Below, in pieces: positions 1 through 12,599 of a DNA stretch of 64,000 nt. Origin of the DNA: Octopus sinensis (Eukaryota); NCBI RefSeq assembly GCF_006345805.1, contig NC_043021.1, forward strand, positions 22,878,001-22,942,000, read 5' to 3'. The translations under genes were made by a program, and so were the position numbers. Every line of letters begins with the position of its first letter. The first letter of the stretch is position 1. The notes beneath the pieces are model-generated. The model was not told the DNA's origin and searched no databases. It saw nothing but the letters and a program-made list of their open reading frames with translations.

Positions 1-160
1 CTCGTTTAAGCAAATTTTCCTTAGATGCATCCACCCCATCTTACCTCCAACAACATATGCAAACCAAACACGAAATATATGTGTGTGTGTGTGTGTGTAT
101 GTTTGTGTATCTGTGTTTGTCCCACCACCACCACCACCACCACCACATCCATCAATCCAC

Positions 161-217
161 AACCGATGCTGGTCTGTTTAGCGGTTCGGAAAAAGGGGCC
201 GGTAGAATAAGTACTAG
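161..217 (+). mobile_element. Fragment of SINE 3' body (family D tail)
   Basis: aaccgatgctggt...ttagcggttcgg...gtagaataagtactag. The ttagcggtt core recurs in reverse near 54735-54755. Family assignment is from recall of the octopus SINE tail. Confidence 0.4.
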
Positions 218-585
218 AAACCTAACACGAAATCTGCAGGTGTCTCCCCGAATAGGCATCTCGGAGAAATACATAAATAATGTCTTGCTAATCGAGTCTC
301 TTTCAAAACAGTTTTTAATCATATCAAAAATATAAAATCGCACATTCCCGCTGTACATGAGCAGCACAGCACGATGATATTACATGGCACCATGAATTAT
401 AGGTTTCACTAATATGGAGTTTATCTCTTCACAAGCAAACTTGCCGTAAAAACGCTCGTGAAACATTGGCTTTTCACTTCTCATCCTCAAAAGTCCTCAA
501 TGACAGCAACCAGTGACACGCTAATAATATTAAGTGATGCCACAATCACATAGTGACTAGTAGTTCAGAGGTGGTATATTGTGAA

Positions 586-734
586 GCCGAGGTCGACTTT
601 GCCTTTCATCCTTTCGGGGTCGATTAAATAAGTACCAGTTACGCGCTGGGGTCGATATAATCGACATAATCCGTTTGTCTGTCCTTGTTTGTCCCCTATG
701 TGTTTAGCCCCTTGTGGGCAGTTAAGGAATAGGC
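586..734 (+). mobile_element. 5'-truncated SINE (family A, tail type M) with 10-bp target-site duplication
   Basis: Body gtcgactttgcctttcatcctttcggggtcg...ccccttgtgggcag matches many copies in the window. Flanked by direct repeat atattgtgaa at 576-585 and 735-744. Confidence 0.88.
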
Positions 735-1524
735 ATATTGTGAAATGAATTGATGTCTTAGACCGCTAAAGGAAAGGATTGAATTCTCATAATTGAAAAG
801 GTTTCCTTATTGCTTTGAATGTGAACAACAACAGAAACAGAAAAATACAATAATAACAACGACTGGACAACTTGAGTGCGTCTGCATTACCGTTTTCTAC
901 TCAAAATTCTTCACATCTCTGGTTATTTACAAAAGTATTATCGGGACTCGGCAATATATATTCAATAGTATAAAATTGGAAAGTGTAAACATGTTTCTCT
1001 CATCCTTTAAACATGCTGAATGAAGTGATGAAACAAGGCAATCTAATGCGTTGGTAATGATGGGAAATCGACTTGACTAGATAACATATCGTTCAATCAG
1101 TTGCAGGTCACTGAAAAAGTTGTGCAAGTCAGACATGCCCATACAGAAAAAAAAGTTTTAGAATCACGCCTGTAAAGGATAAGTTCGTCTGTAAGATAGT
1201 CGACCTTCGTCACTCTATAATCACAGACCATTTCAGTAAAGAAGCACGAGACCAAAATGTTAGACACAGAAAGCCATTCGTCATTGATCCTGCATATATC
1301 GTATTGTTCATTGATGATAAGCCTCAGCTCAAACAAACCATCCAAAACAGAAGAGCGACGGTGAGTATCTGAACCGTCCCATGTGAATTCACATTTATTT
1401 TAATTTCATATTTAATATATCCGCATCGACGCAATGTAGTTAATACGTACTTCAGTTTATCCATCAAAACACAACACAAAGACCCAAACATAACACATAC
1501 ATACACTGATATCACACAAACACA

Positions 1525-1552
1525 ACATAGATAGATATAGATTAATTTATAT

Positions 1553-1622
<70 letters not shown>

Positions 1623-1823
1623 TCTATATATATCTATATATATATATAGATATATATATATATATATGTGTGTTATAGAGATAGGTAATAATAGACACAG
1701 CTATACATATATACATGCATATACATATATGTGTATATATATATATATATCTATATATATATATACGTTTATGTATGTATGTATATATGTATTATATATA
1801 TATATGTGTGTGGTGTATATATA

Positions 1824-1868
<45 letters not shown>

Positions 1869-1910
1869 GTATGTTTGTGTATATATATACAGTATTATGT
1901 AATGTATGCA
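1525..1910. repeat. (TA)n/(TATG)n compound microsatellite
   Basis: Directly visible. Confidence 0.95.
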
Positions 1911-2459
1911 TGAATGATGTAGGTGTAATACACTCCTTCAATGATTATTTACTCATTTATTATCTTCGTGTTTTCGTCACTTTTAAATGGTGTTTATTGG
2001 GTCTTTGTTTTGCTGTAAACCTCTGTTTGGCGCTACTCCATATACACATACACATATTATTATTCTTTATCGTTTTATATGACATGTCATATTTTTAATA
2101 TCATTTTTATATCATATACTCAACTAAAAAAAAAAAAAAAAGTCTAATATAAACGCGGTGAAGTAATGTTCTGACAAATAATATTGGAGCATTGCCAAGG
2201 TAGCGGTGTGGGGAAATGGCGAGTCGGGGTGCGGTCTGCACGGTATAAACATAGTTATTGTATCGATGTATATATATTCAAATGCAAACGCCACTGCACA
2301 CAATAAGCGTAAAGTTCACATTCATACACATACACGCATCACACGTACACATAAACACACACACACACACACATAAATGTGTGTGAGAGCGTGTTTGTGA
2401 ATACATTAATTTCTGTTTACGTAAATAAATATAGATGTGCGCCTCTACATATGAATATA

Positions 2460-2463
2460 TCAT

Positions 2464-2521
<58 letters not shown>

Positions 2522-2531
2522 TATATACCAT

Positions 2532-2587
<56 letters not shown>

Positions 2588-2877
2588 TATAATATACACA
2601 CATACACATTCATATATATATAAATACATATACATAAACATTATATATATATATGTATATATGTATATATAAACATACATATGTATATGTGTGTGTATGT
2701 GCGTGTGTGGGCGCATGCGTGCGGTTACCGAGAGACAGACAAAGAAATATCTAGATACAACTAAAAAGTATTTATCAATGAAATAGACTTATGTTTTACC
2801 CGTATATACCTACCCACAGAAGTGTGTGCACATATATATATTATATATCTATATATATATATATATATATATCTATA

Positions 2878-2917
<40 letters not shown>

Positions 2918-2987
2918 ATGTGAATATTTTAAATGTTTGTATATAAGAAAGTGTCCGTGTATTATGTATACTGTTGGGTGGCGGTAC

Positions 2988-3047
<60 letters not shown>

Positions 3048-3135
3048 TATATATATATACATATATATATATATTATATATATTTATATTAAATATAATA
3101 TATATATATATGTATATATATATGTGTGTGTGTGT
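2460..3135. repeat. (TA)n/(TG)n microsatellite blocks
   Basis: Directly visible, interrupted by short unique spacers. Confidence 0.9.
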
Positions 3136-3543
3136 AAACAAGAAACTTATCGGGCGATTGGCTTTCGAATAGAAGACTAACGAGGCAACCAGTCTTGCTT
3201 TCATTACGTGTCAAAATAAAATAACGCTAGAATATATGCAATCGATTTTTGAAGCAATCAATACTAGTATCGTAAACGATTCTACGTACAAGCTTTCAGA
3301 TAATTGATCTAAATTGAGATTGTGGAAACTGGATTAACCTCTCTTTCCCCTCTTTCATTTGTCTCCTCTCTCTCTATATGTCTTTATCTCATTCTCTCAC
3401 AAATATTTATGAGATATACATTCGTATACAGAAATATGTAAAAAAACAAAAAACAAAAAAGCAATAATAGGTATATCCGCATACAGAGACTTATAAATAC
3501 CTCGAAATAACTAGTCGGCAAGTCACACAAGTATAACACTCTC

Positions 3544-3579
<36 letters not shown>

Positions 3580-3593
3580 GTGTGTACGTGCTT

Positions 3594-3631
<38 letters not shown>

Positions 3632-3682
3632 TTTAGGTGATATACAGATATTGTATATTTTAGAATATGACTATCTTACTAT

Positions 3683-3742
<60 letters not shown>

Positions 3743-4072
3743 TGTGTATATGTTTTTGCATATATGATACAGCTCTATACCATATTACTGTATCGATTTT
3801 TTTTAACAAACCTTGTTTGCAAGGTGCAATACACACGGATTGGTTTCATACATAACAGAACACCAACTTATATCAACAGTTGTTCTTAACAGGTTGTGTC
3901 CGGTTTTCATCAGTGATAGATTCTTTCTCTTTCACTTTCCCTGAATACATTTTCTATAAACCCGCCATGAACACGATTCTCCCTACATGAGTTGAACTCT
4001 TAACCATATGCCTTTACAATGAGTGAGGTCACGTGAGGTCATTCGATATTTAATAATGTGAATAAGAGGAAT

Positions 4073-4290
4073 GCGACGAGCTAGAAGAAACGTTAGGACT
4101 ACGGCGAAAATGCTTAGCGTTATTTTGGTCTGTCTTTACGTTCTGAGTTCAAATTCCGTCGAGGTCGACCTTGCCTGTCATCCTTTCGTGGTCTACAAAT
4201 TTAGCACCGGTCGTGTACTGGGAGTCGATCTCATCGACTGGCCCACTCCGTATAAGTTTCGGGACTCGTGCCTAGAGTAGAAAAGAATAT
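4073..4290 (+). mobile_element. SINE family A monomer (head + body + tail type T)
   Basis: Head gcgacgagctagaagaaacgttagg, box-B-like gagttcaaattcc, core gtcgac..cctttcg, tail gtgcctagagtagaaaagaat. Confidence 0.85.
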
Positions 4291-4380
4291 ATGTGTGTAA
4301 GGCGGTTAGCGGTATTTCGTCTCTCTTTCTTGTTCCATTTTTTATTAGTGGATTTCCGTCTAACAAATCCACTAATAAGG

Positions 4381-4488
4381 ATTTGGTCGGCCCGAAACTA
4401 TAGTGGAAGACACTTGCTCAAGATGCCAAGCGGTGTGACTGAACCCAGAACCATGTTGTTGAGAAACAAGCTTCATACCACACAGCCA
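4381..4488 (-). mobile_element. SINE family D (tRNA head + CORE-like domain), partial
   Basis: Reverse complement reads tggctgtgtggtatgaagcttg...gggttcagtc...cttgagcaagtgtcttccactatag. Homologous to 27594-27757. Confidence 0.75.
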
Positions 4489-4713
4489 GACAGAAATGCT
4501 CATATATTATTACTCATTCATTAGAGTTTTAGCTTTATTTTTATTTTCTGTAGCGATCAAAGTCGCATTCGTGTAACTCAATCGCCGAGAGTCCCGTGCA
4601 TAGCAGTTATCAAAATTCGGCGCCGAAATTATTTCCAGTCAGAAATATATATCTGAAACCTCTTGACTTTGCGTGTTAGCGTGTAACATGTGTGTATGTA
4701 TGTATGTATGTAT

Positions 4714-5110
4714 TCCAGAAGGGAAGGATCTTCCTTTGATGCGGACATGCAATGTCTGTGAAAGACCCTGCCTCAGTAAAGCTGGACTCAAGAGTCATCT
4801 TCGTAGTCATAAAACGAGACAGATGAGTGACAACCTGGCCACTGGTGGTGGTGTACCACACCATACTAAGCATATCTGTCGGGCAAGTGGAAGAGAGTGT
4901 AATTCAACAGGAGGACTTAAACCACATGCAAAGGTCCATGAAGCCCAGTTACAACTACAGCCGGCTATTACCAGTAAAGGTCTTACTTGCCAATTTTGTA
5001 CAAGACATTATAGATCTTTAGCTGGGCTAAAAATTTACATTCGATTACAGTACCAGTAACAGTTAAGCTTCGTGCAATGACCATACTCGACAACGAAGGG
5101 GCAGCCATAA
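4714..5110 (+). mobile_element. 3' end of RTE-clade LINE encoding three tandem C2H2 zinc fingers
   Basis: The frame gives CNVCERPCLSKAGLKSHLRSH (intact C-x2-C-x12-H-x3-H), CRASGRECNSTGGLKPHAKVH and CQFCTRHYRSLAGLKIYIRLQ (both degenerate). It is followed by an RTE-type 3' UTR, tgaccatactcgacaacgaagggcagcca. (TATG)n lies on both flanks. Confidence 0.75.
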
Positions 5111-6126
5111 AATTAAAAAAATAATATATGTATGTATGTATGCATTTCTGTGTTGTTAAATGCGCTTTGGTGAAATGGTAAGCGCGAAAACATATTCCTT
5201 AATATCTACTCCAATATATACTAAAAGCACGACTTCCTACATATCTCGTCAGTTATCGTATCATTACATTTAAACTCCATCTACATCACGTGATATAGCT
5301 TTATATTTATTACGTGAATGAGCGCAACCTATAGTTGTTAGATCAAATAATTTTTCTTAAAGAACAGCATTTTAGTGGATTTATAAAATATTCAGAAATT
5401 GAGCAGAAAAAAGTAACATCAGAAGGAATCTATAAGAAATTGTATTTTATTTGATATGTAAGTTTCTTATTGTATATGCGTTTGACTTTCATCGATTTTG
5501 TCTTAAGAACAATAAGATATCCTTTTTGAAATAATATATTGACAAAATTATCTACAATAAATATGACATTTGCGCATATGTGCAAGGAAACTGTATGTAC
5601 GCAAAGAAACAGACACAACCATACGTATATAGAGAAACTGGAATGTGTGTGTTGTACGTGTTTATATGTGTGTGTGTGTATGGGTGTGCCTATGTGCGTG
5701 TCTGTGTATGCATGTTTGTATGCATTAATGTTCTTGATATTACACGAACATTTGCAGTAAAAGCAAAATTATGCATATCTGCTATATATATATTTATATC
5801 TATATATATCTGTGCATAGAAATACAAGGACATACAGTTGTACGTAAAGACAATCTGAAAAAGAAAGGGAAATACATACAATATAAATTTTCACATAAAA
5901 CATACTTTTATATTGAAGCTATTCTTGAAGAACATTGGATGCTTTCTTTAAAAGGGAAGTATATTTTAAAACATTGAAAATATTAAAAATATTTTATGGA
6001 AAATGTCTATGAAAACAAAATTTTATATCTGCATATTCACAAAAAAATAACGTCATACACATATGTACGCGTGTGTATATGTGTGCGTAAATATACCCGT
6101 ATTTAGGAATTATATGTATGTAAACC

Positions 6127-6910
6127 TATTGGGCTGTGTGATATATTCGTCGATTTGTTTTCGAATAAATTTTCTCATTTTTTTTTATCAAATATTACTA
6201 CAAATAATGCATTCCAGCAGTTTATCCAGGCCTTGACAGTAGAAATCCCCACGCCTTCACACAAGGTATTCATCGGTTCATGTATTCAGCTCCTCGCCAT
6301 TGTCGAACAAATCTCCTCTCAGAAAGTTCCAGAACGATCGAGAAATGTAATGAACTGAAGCCGATATACTAGGAGAGTACCGGGGGTGCAATGAACCTTG
6401 CGATCCGTGTACTTGAATTGAATTTCTGGTCAAAGTAGTGACATGAGGCGAGCATAGTCGGGTTCAAGAAATACGCCTTATCTTTCTATTAGTTTCACCT
6501 GAATTGCCTCTTTCAGATTAATAGGCGGTGTAACGAGAGCATCCCATAAACTGGATCTGTTCTCTAGATTTCACAGGGATTTTCATGCATGAGTTCGTTC
6601 ACTACATCATTATTTAAGCTAAAACTTAGCCCAGATAGTCGAGAATCTTTGAGGAAGCATTACCCACCTTCAATATGCGTAAACCGTTTCAGTGCAGTTT
6701 TTTTTCATTAGTAGCCACAACTCCATACAGAGCCCAATTATTTTGCGAACTTCGTAGCTTGCGATTCTTGATTGAAAAAGAAGCAGTTGCACAAAATACT
6801 TATTTTGCCCCGCCGATATTTCTTCGTTATATTTTTCAAGAGATGCAAGTTATAGGGATTGCAACAAGTTGCCAAGAAGCATATGGAACTAGCTCAATAG
6901 AATAGGGGGC
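6127..6910 (-). mobile_element. Decayed mariner transposon (3' half with one TIR)
   Basis: The minus frame reads LHPRYSPSISASVHYISRSFWNFLRGDLFDNGEEL*..FYCQGLDKLLE, matching the mariner HPPYSPDLAPSDYHLF..FY..GI.KL C-terminus. A TIR-like tattgggctgtgtgatatattcgtcgattt sits at 6127. Stops and frameshifts are present. Confidence 0.75.
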
Positions 6911-7189
6911 CATGTTCATTTCTTTATCTATAACACCATCGCTATTTCTCATATGAAAACTGGTATTACTTGCATTCCTTGTAACGGAAAAGAGGTCCGC
7001 AGAGGCAGTGATCATTCTAAAACTTCAATCTACGTATATTGTATAGTATTTGAGAAACCTGTATTGTCTATTATATATATATATACATATATATATATTT
7101 ATAGTATATATATATATATGTATACAGGCACACACACACACACATATATATATATAATTATATATATATATAATATAAAGGGAAGCTTT

Positions 7190-7385
7190 ATGAAAATAAC
7201 CAAAAAGACGAAGGCAGGTGGAGTACAAACAAACAAATGTATTAGTATGGCGCTCAGGAATATAAATAAAACAAGTCTTTTACGTTTCGAGCCTACGCTC
7301 TTCAACAGAAATATACACAGAAAAGAAACACGGAGAGAAACAAGGAGATAAAAAAATGCGTGCAGAAGCTAGCGAATCAACATGG
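7190..7385 (-). mobile_element. Penelope-like element terminal repeat remnant
   Basis: The minus strand has ctgttgaagagcgtaggctcgaaacgta...ttcctgagcg..taata..tttgt. The same layout occurs at 33690-33900 (+). Confidence 0.6.
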
Positions 7386-7387
7386 CG

Positions 7388-7419
<32 letters not shown>

Positions 7420-7999
7420 GCATGTATATACAATTACGATTCAGTTGAATTAGTTGCTAAATTTGAGGCATCTCGTTAAGTCGGAATAATGTACAGAGAA
7501 TGATATTATGTAGATATCAATTCTGGTACCGAAATTCCGGCAGAATGATATACCAATGCATACAATTAGACCCAGCTGAGTATACAATCCGCTCTTGAGT
7601 ATATTAAATATACATGCCATACTGTCCTTCGGAATTCTCAAAGGTCATGTTTCCGAGACAGATCAATAAAATATAAATCGCTAACTAGTATAGGACAGGT
7701 GTGAATTTATCACAACAGCTTCTAGGGACTCCTTTAATTGATTAATGTGTCCGTTATAGCATTTTTAAAGAAATCGTTTTATGCAGCTGAAAACATGAAC
7801 TTTACAATCAAGGACGTTCAAAACTGGCCATTCATTTTAATTGTACTGGATTATAAATTTCACGTATTCATCACAAGAAAACTGTTTCATCACAAGAAAA
7901 CGATACAATTAAAGGATACTTTAGAAACAGCTGTTATGAATTGACACCTATCCTTCAATTTTTACTCATTTATAATTTATGCATGTATATATGTATATA

Positions 8000-8224
8000 C
8001 AGTAATCCCTCGACTACCGTTGGTGTTACGTTTTTAGCCCACCGGTGAGAGGTGAAAATCCGAGAAGTAGAAACAGTACTGTGCAGTATATTGTTATTTT
8101 TATAATTTTTTTTTTAATTTGTATATATTTATGTATTATAAATGCAAAACAAAAGCACGCCAGAATCGTCGTAAAGTTAAATAATAAACCACATTAAGTG
8201 AACCTACATGGTGAGGGACTATTG
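8000..8224. mobile_element. pogo/Tigger-like non-autonomous MITE
   Basis: TA followed by cagtaatccctcgacta at the left end; gagggactattg (rc caatagtccctc) at the right end; AT-rich interior. Confidence 0.65.
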
Positions 8225-8507
8225 TGTGTGTGCGTGTGTGTGTGTGTATGTGTATTTGTGTGTGTGTGTGTGTGTGTGTATGCTTATGGGTATGAATGTG
8301 ATTTCATCATATCTCCATCAACAAAGCACCTTACTCCTAGTTTAGTATGCCCACCTCCAGATTGAAAGTTAGTGACAAATCACGTGATATAATGTGCAAC
8401 AGATTCCTTTTCATGGTTTTTCAACCCCATTGAAATTGCTTTTCCCACTATGCGTTTGATAACGAATTCTTTTCAATTCTTTGTTCCGTGTCTCATTTTG
8501 CACTTAC

Positions 8508-8578
8508 CTGAGTATCAAATTTGTGCATATATTCAAATACGTATGTAAAATTGTATGCATTCACTTCAACGTCTATAT
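8508..8578 (-). CDS. Candidate exon ([24 protein letters not shown])
   Basis: Consensus donor CAG|gtaagt and an open frame; acceptor only moderate; no homology recognised. Confidence 0.25.
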
Positions 8579-8604
8579 CTATGTTTATTTGTACAAGAAT
8601 GTGT

Positions 8605-8940
<336 letters not shown>

Positions 8941-9120
8941 CATTATAAAATTTTGGTTGCAAGCATGTGAGTAATGCTTTATATCTTAATACATTTGTAT
9001 ATTGTGTGTACCCATATGTATGCAGATATGTATTTGTGTGTGTAGGAGCGCACGTGTATTTATGTATATTATCTATATATATATGTAATATATGTATATC
9101 TATATATCTATCTATCTATC

Positions 9121-9155
<35 letters not shown>

Positions 9156-9612
9156 TATATTAAATAATATAATTTATACATAATATAATTTCTATAGAAA
9201 TAGAAATTATAAAATTTCAGATAAAAATTTTCATTGAAATAATCGATATCCATAAGAATCAATAAAAATATTTAACAACTATAAAAAAAAACTTAATAAT
9301 AAATAAATAAGAAGAAGAAGAAAAACAATAATTTTTATGAATGTGACACTTAGGTATTCAAATTAGCTAACATTTAACCGGAAGCTTTGATGAAATGAAT
9401 TTCTGAAAAAAAAAAATTCGAAACATTAACAAAAGACAAAGCTAATATTTTAAACTGTTATTCTGCTGTGCCGGAAGAAATACAATGTAAATAAATGAAT
9501 TTCTCGACAGAAAGGAACAATTGAATTTTCTGTGTCTGCATGTGATTATGTACATTTGTAAATAGAACTATATGCATTCGCATACGTATGCATATCTGTC
9601 ATCAGTTGTTCG

Positions 9613-9705
<93 letters not shown>

Positions 9706-10630
9706 GCGTAGAAAAATATATATATTTGCCTACGTGAATTGACAAAGACAGGAAAAATGTTTGTTTAAATTATAAATGCATGTACATAAAGAAAGCTAAT
9801 ACGTTGTACATGTTACACATACACACAGATACACACCTACACATATGCATACAAACATATATATATATATAATACTTATATAAGACACATATTCATATAT
9901 ACATATATACATACATACATACACAGATATAAATATATATATATATATTATATATATATATAGATATTATATGAATATATATATATATATATATAATATA
10001 TATATTATGTATATTGATGGATTTACGCAAACACACGCGGAAACTCATAGGACGTACACAGGCACGTACACGCACACACACATATATATATATGTGTGCG
10101 CGCGTGTATGTGTACCCTCCTGTGTTTGTATGTCAAATATATGTAGTCGAGTATTGGTCTGCCTACATTTGTGTCATTGCAGTTGTGATTATGCGCAGTT
10201 CTGAACATACACAATAATATTCTCACATTTCTACATTCGCATAGGAACAGTTACTGATATTCTGCTTAATTCGTATCTTTACTTACATACTTGGAAATAT
10301 ATTTCTCTTCTTCGCTCTCTCTCCCGCTTCGTCTCCTCTGTTATATCTATACCAATATTCCTACATGCTCACGATTATGATAAAATATCTGCCAGTCTCG
10401 TGTTCTAGAAAACGGAGTATCTTAAATATAAAGATTTTCTTTGGAATCTCAACTGTTTAAATCCGAAAATTCTCTACAGCGTTATAAGGTATTCTCTGAA
10501 AAAATATTTTACTCACATTCAGAGCATATTACATTTTTCACCCAAGAATCATTTATGGCATAAATATATTACTGTCTTTGTAGTAATATTACCAGTTTTC
10601 TATTATTTCTTATGCATGTGAATTTCTTAT

Positions 10631-10862
10631 CTATTTCTTTACTACCCACAAGGGGCTAAACATAGAGGGGACAAACATGGACAGGCATAGGTATTAAGTC
10701 GATAATATCGACCCCAGTGCGTAACTGGTACTTAATTTATCGACCCCGAAAGGATGAAAGGCAAAGTCGACCTCGGTGGAATTTGAACTCACAACGTAAC
10801 GGCAGCCGAAATATTGCTAAGCATTTCGCCCGACGTGCTAACGATTCTGCAAGCTCGCCACC
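10631..10862 (-). mobile_element. SINE family A monomer with tail type M
   Basis: Reverse complement runs from head ggtggcgagcttgcagaatcgttagc to tail ...ccccttgtgggtagtaaagaaatag. Confidence 0.88.
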
Positions 10863-10917
10863 TCATGAATTTCTTACCACCATAGTAGTTATGGTATAAG
10901 GGTCAAAGTGAAAGACG

Positions 10918-11224
10918 TACTTCGGTCATGAATGACCATCGGATTGCACCTAGAATGTTACCCTCGCAGACAAAATTTCAGGCATTGTTGTTATGATAGA
11001 CCAACAAGCGGCCACACATATCAGCTTCCCGCCCCAGAGAAAGGCAAAGGCCGATACATCTTGGCACCACTGACGCTACAACTCATTTCTACAACTGACT
11101 GAACTGGCGCAACGTGAAATAAAGTGTTTTGCTCAAGAACACATCACACAGCCCTGTCCGTGAGTCGAACTCACTGCCTCATGGTTGTGAGTCCGACGCT
11201 CTAACCACGGAACCATGCGCCTTT
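10918..11224 (-). mobile_element. CORE-type SINE (family C), near full length
   Basis: Reverse complement has a tRNA-like head, ttcttgagcaaaacactttatttcacgttgc (CORE-like) and tail gcaatccgatggtcattcatgaccgaa. Homologous to 58785-59117. Confidence 0.8.
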
Positions 11225-11617
11225 CCATTTATTACATAGAGATAACTATTTAAGCAATCAAATTTTTAATTGCGTAAAATCATTTCCGTAAACAAATACA
11301 CATATATTCTGTAATGAGTCACGTTACGTATTTTAACGATCTTCGTAAAATACCTATTTTGTTTCATAGAGTAATTGGTCAATGCTGCTTACATTGGTAT
11401 TTTACAGGCAAAGAAATATTCGATCTTTTACTTGCTTTAGTCATTCGATAGCGGCCATTCTGGGGCACAAACTTGAAAGTTTGTAGAGAAATAATGCCAA
11501 CTTAGTAATTGGCATATTTTGTTAAAGCCAGTCCTGTACTCTATCGGATGTTAGGCGGAAAGGTTAGTTATATGGACGTAAATAGATCAACATCGACTAG
11601 ATAGACGACTAGGTATT

Positions 11618-11745
11618 ACTGATGTAATCTCCAGGGATACAGGCATCCAGCAACAGGACCTCCGTAATGCCATGATGGACCGTGAAGTCTGGCGTGGCAT
11701 GGTAAATTCCATTGTCTCGACCACGGTCGAACAATGATGATGATG
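11618..11745 (+). mobile_element. 5'-truncated RTE-clade LINE 3' end with (TGA)n tail and 7-bp TSD
   Basis: Reads TDVISRDTGIQQQDLRNAMMDREVWRGMVNSIVSTTVEQ*, an RTE ORF C-terminus (DTG...AM.DR..WR). aggtatt is duplicated at 11611-11617 and 11746-11752. Confidence 0.8.
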
Positions 11746-12401
11746 AGGTATTTCAGGTCTGAAAGCTGTTACTAGGGGGCAGGAATTACGTATTAGTTCT
11801 AACGTTGGCATATGGAATATGCGAAAGGTAAAGGATATGCACCCAGTTGTTGATGTAGATAAAGATTACCGCAAAGAGGGTTTCTGACTTCAGGTTGGAT
11901 GGGCTGAAGGAGTGAAAGAGTTGAGATAGTCAACGAGATGCCGATAAAAAGATATATTCATACACTCAATGCATAGACATACGCACACTTATATATATAT
12001 CTATGTTTTCTATGTACGATATATGAAATAAAGAAATCATTTTTCTTACTACAACATTGTTTTGTATAAATAATAAGATATTGTTTTTAAGCTTTGTTGC
12101 ATATAAACAAATACTTATTATCATAGTTATTAACATTACATACTGTTTTGTTCAACTGTCTTCTTCGCTTTCCATTGTTCATAATGCTTTTGTTGTGTTT
12201 TTCGTTAAACGTCTTTGGAATTATTAATTTTTGTCGTATTATTGATGTTGTTGTGTTTTTCTTTTTACCTAGCTTTTTGACTTTTCGTTTCTTAATGTCT
12301 GTAACTCGGCTGTTAATTAATCATAGAGTTCTGATTTCGTTCGTCGTAATATTGATCATTATGTTGATGAGGATGTTAACATTGATTATCATGTTGATAG
12401 C

Positions 12402-12432
<31 letters not shown>

Positions 12433-12599
12433 GTGATAAACACGTTGAAGTTGTCGACGATGACGACTACGGAGACGACAACAATGGCCGCGGTTATGAC
12501 GACGGCAATGATTAAGACGACGATGACGGCAGCGAGAGGAATAATATTGGCGGTGCTTGTAATGGTGTTGTTGTTGGTGTTCTTGTAGCTGTTGTTGTT

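Noticed and set aside
1310-1350. QLKQTIQNRRAT as homeodomain helix 3
   Set aside because: Lacks the invariant WF, and upstream residues do not fit helices 1-2. LFQNRK near 15265 fails the same test.
4714-5059. Host C2H2 zinc-finger gene exon
   Set aside because: No TGEKP-type linkers, fingers are decaying, no acceptor upstream, and a LINE-type 3' UTR follows.
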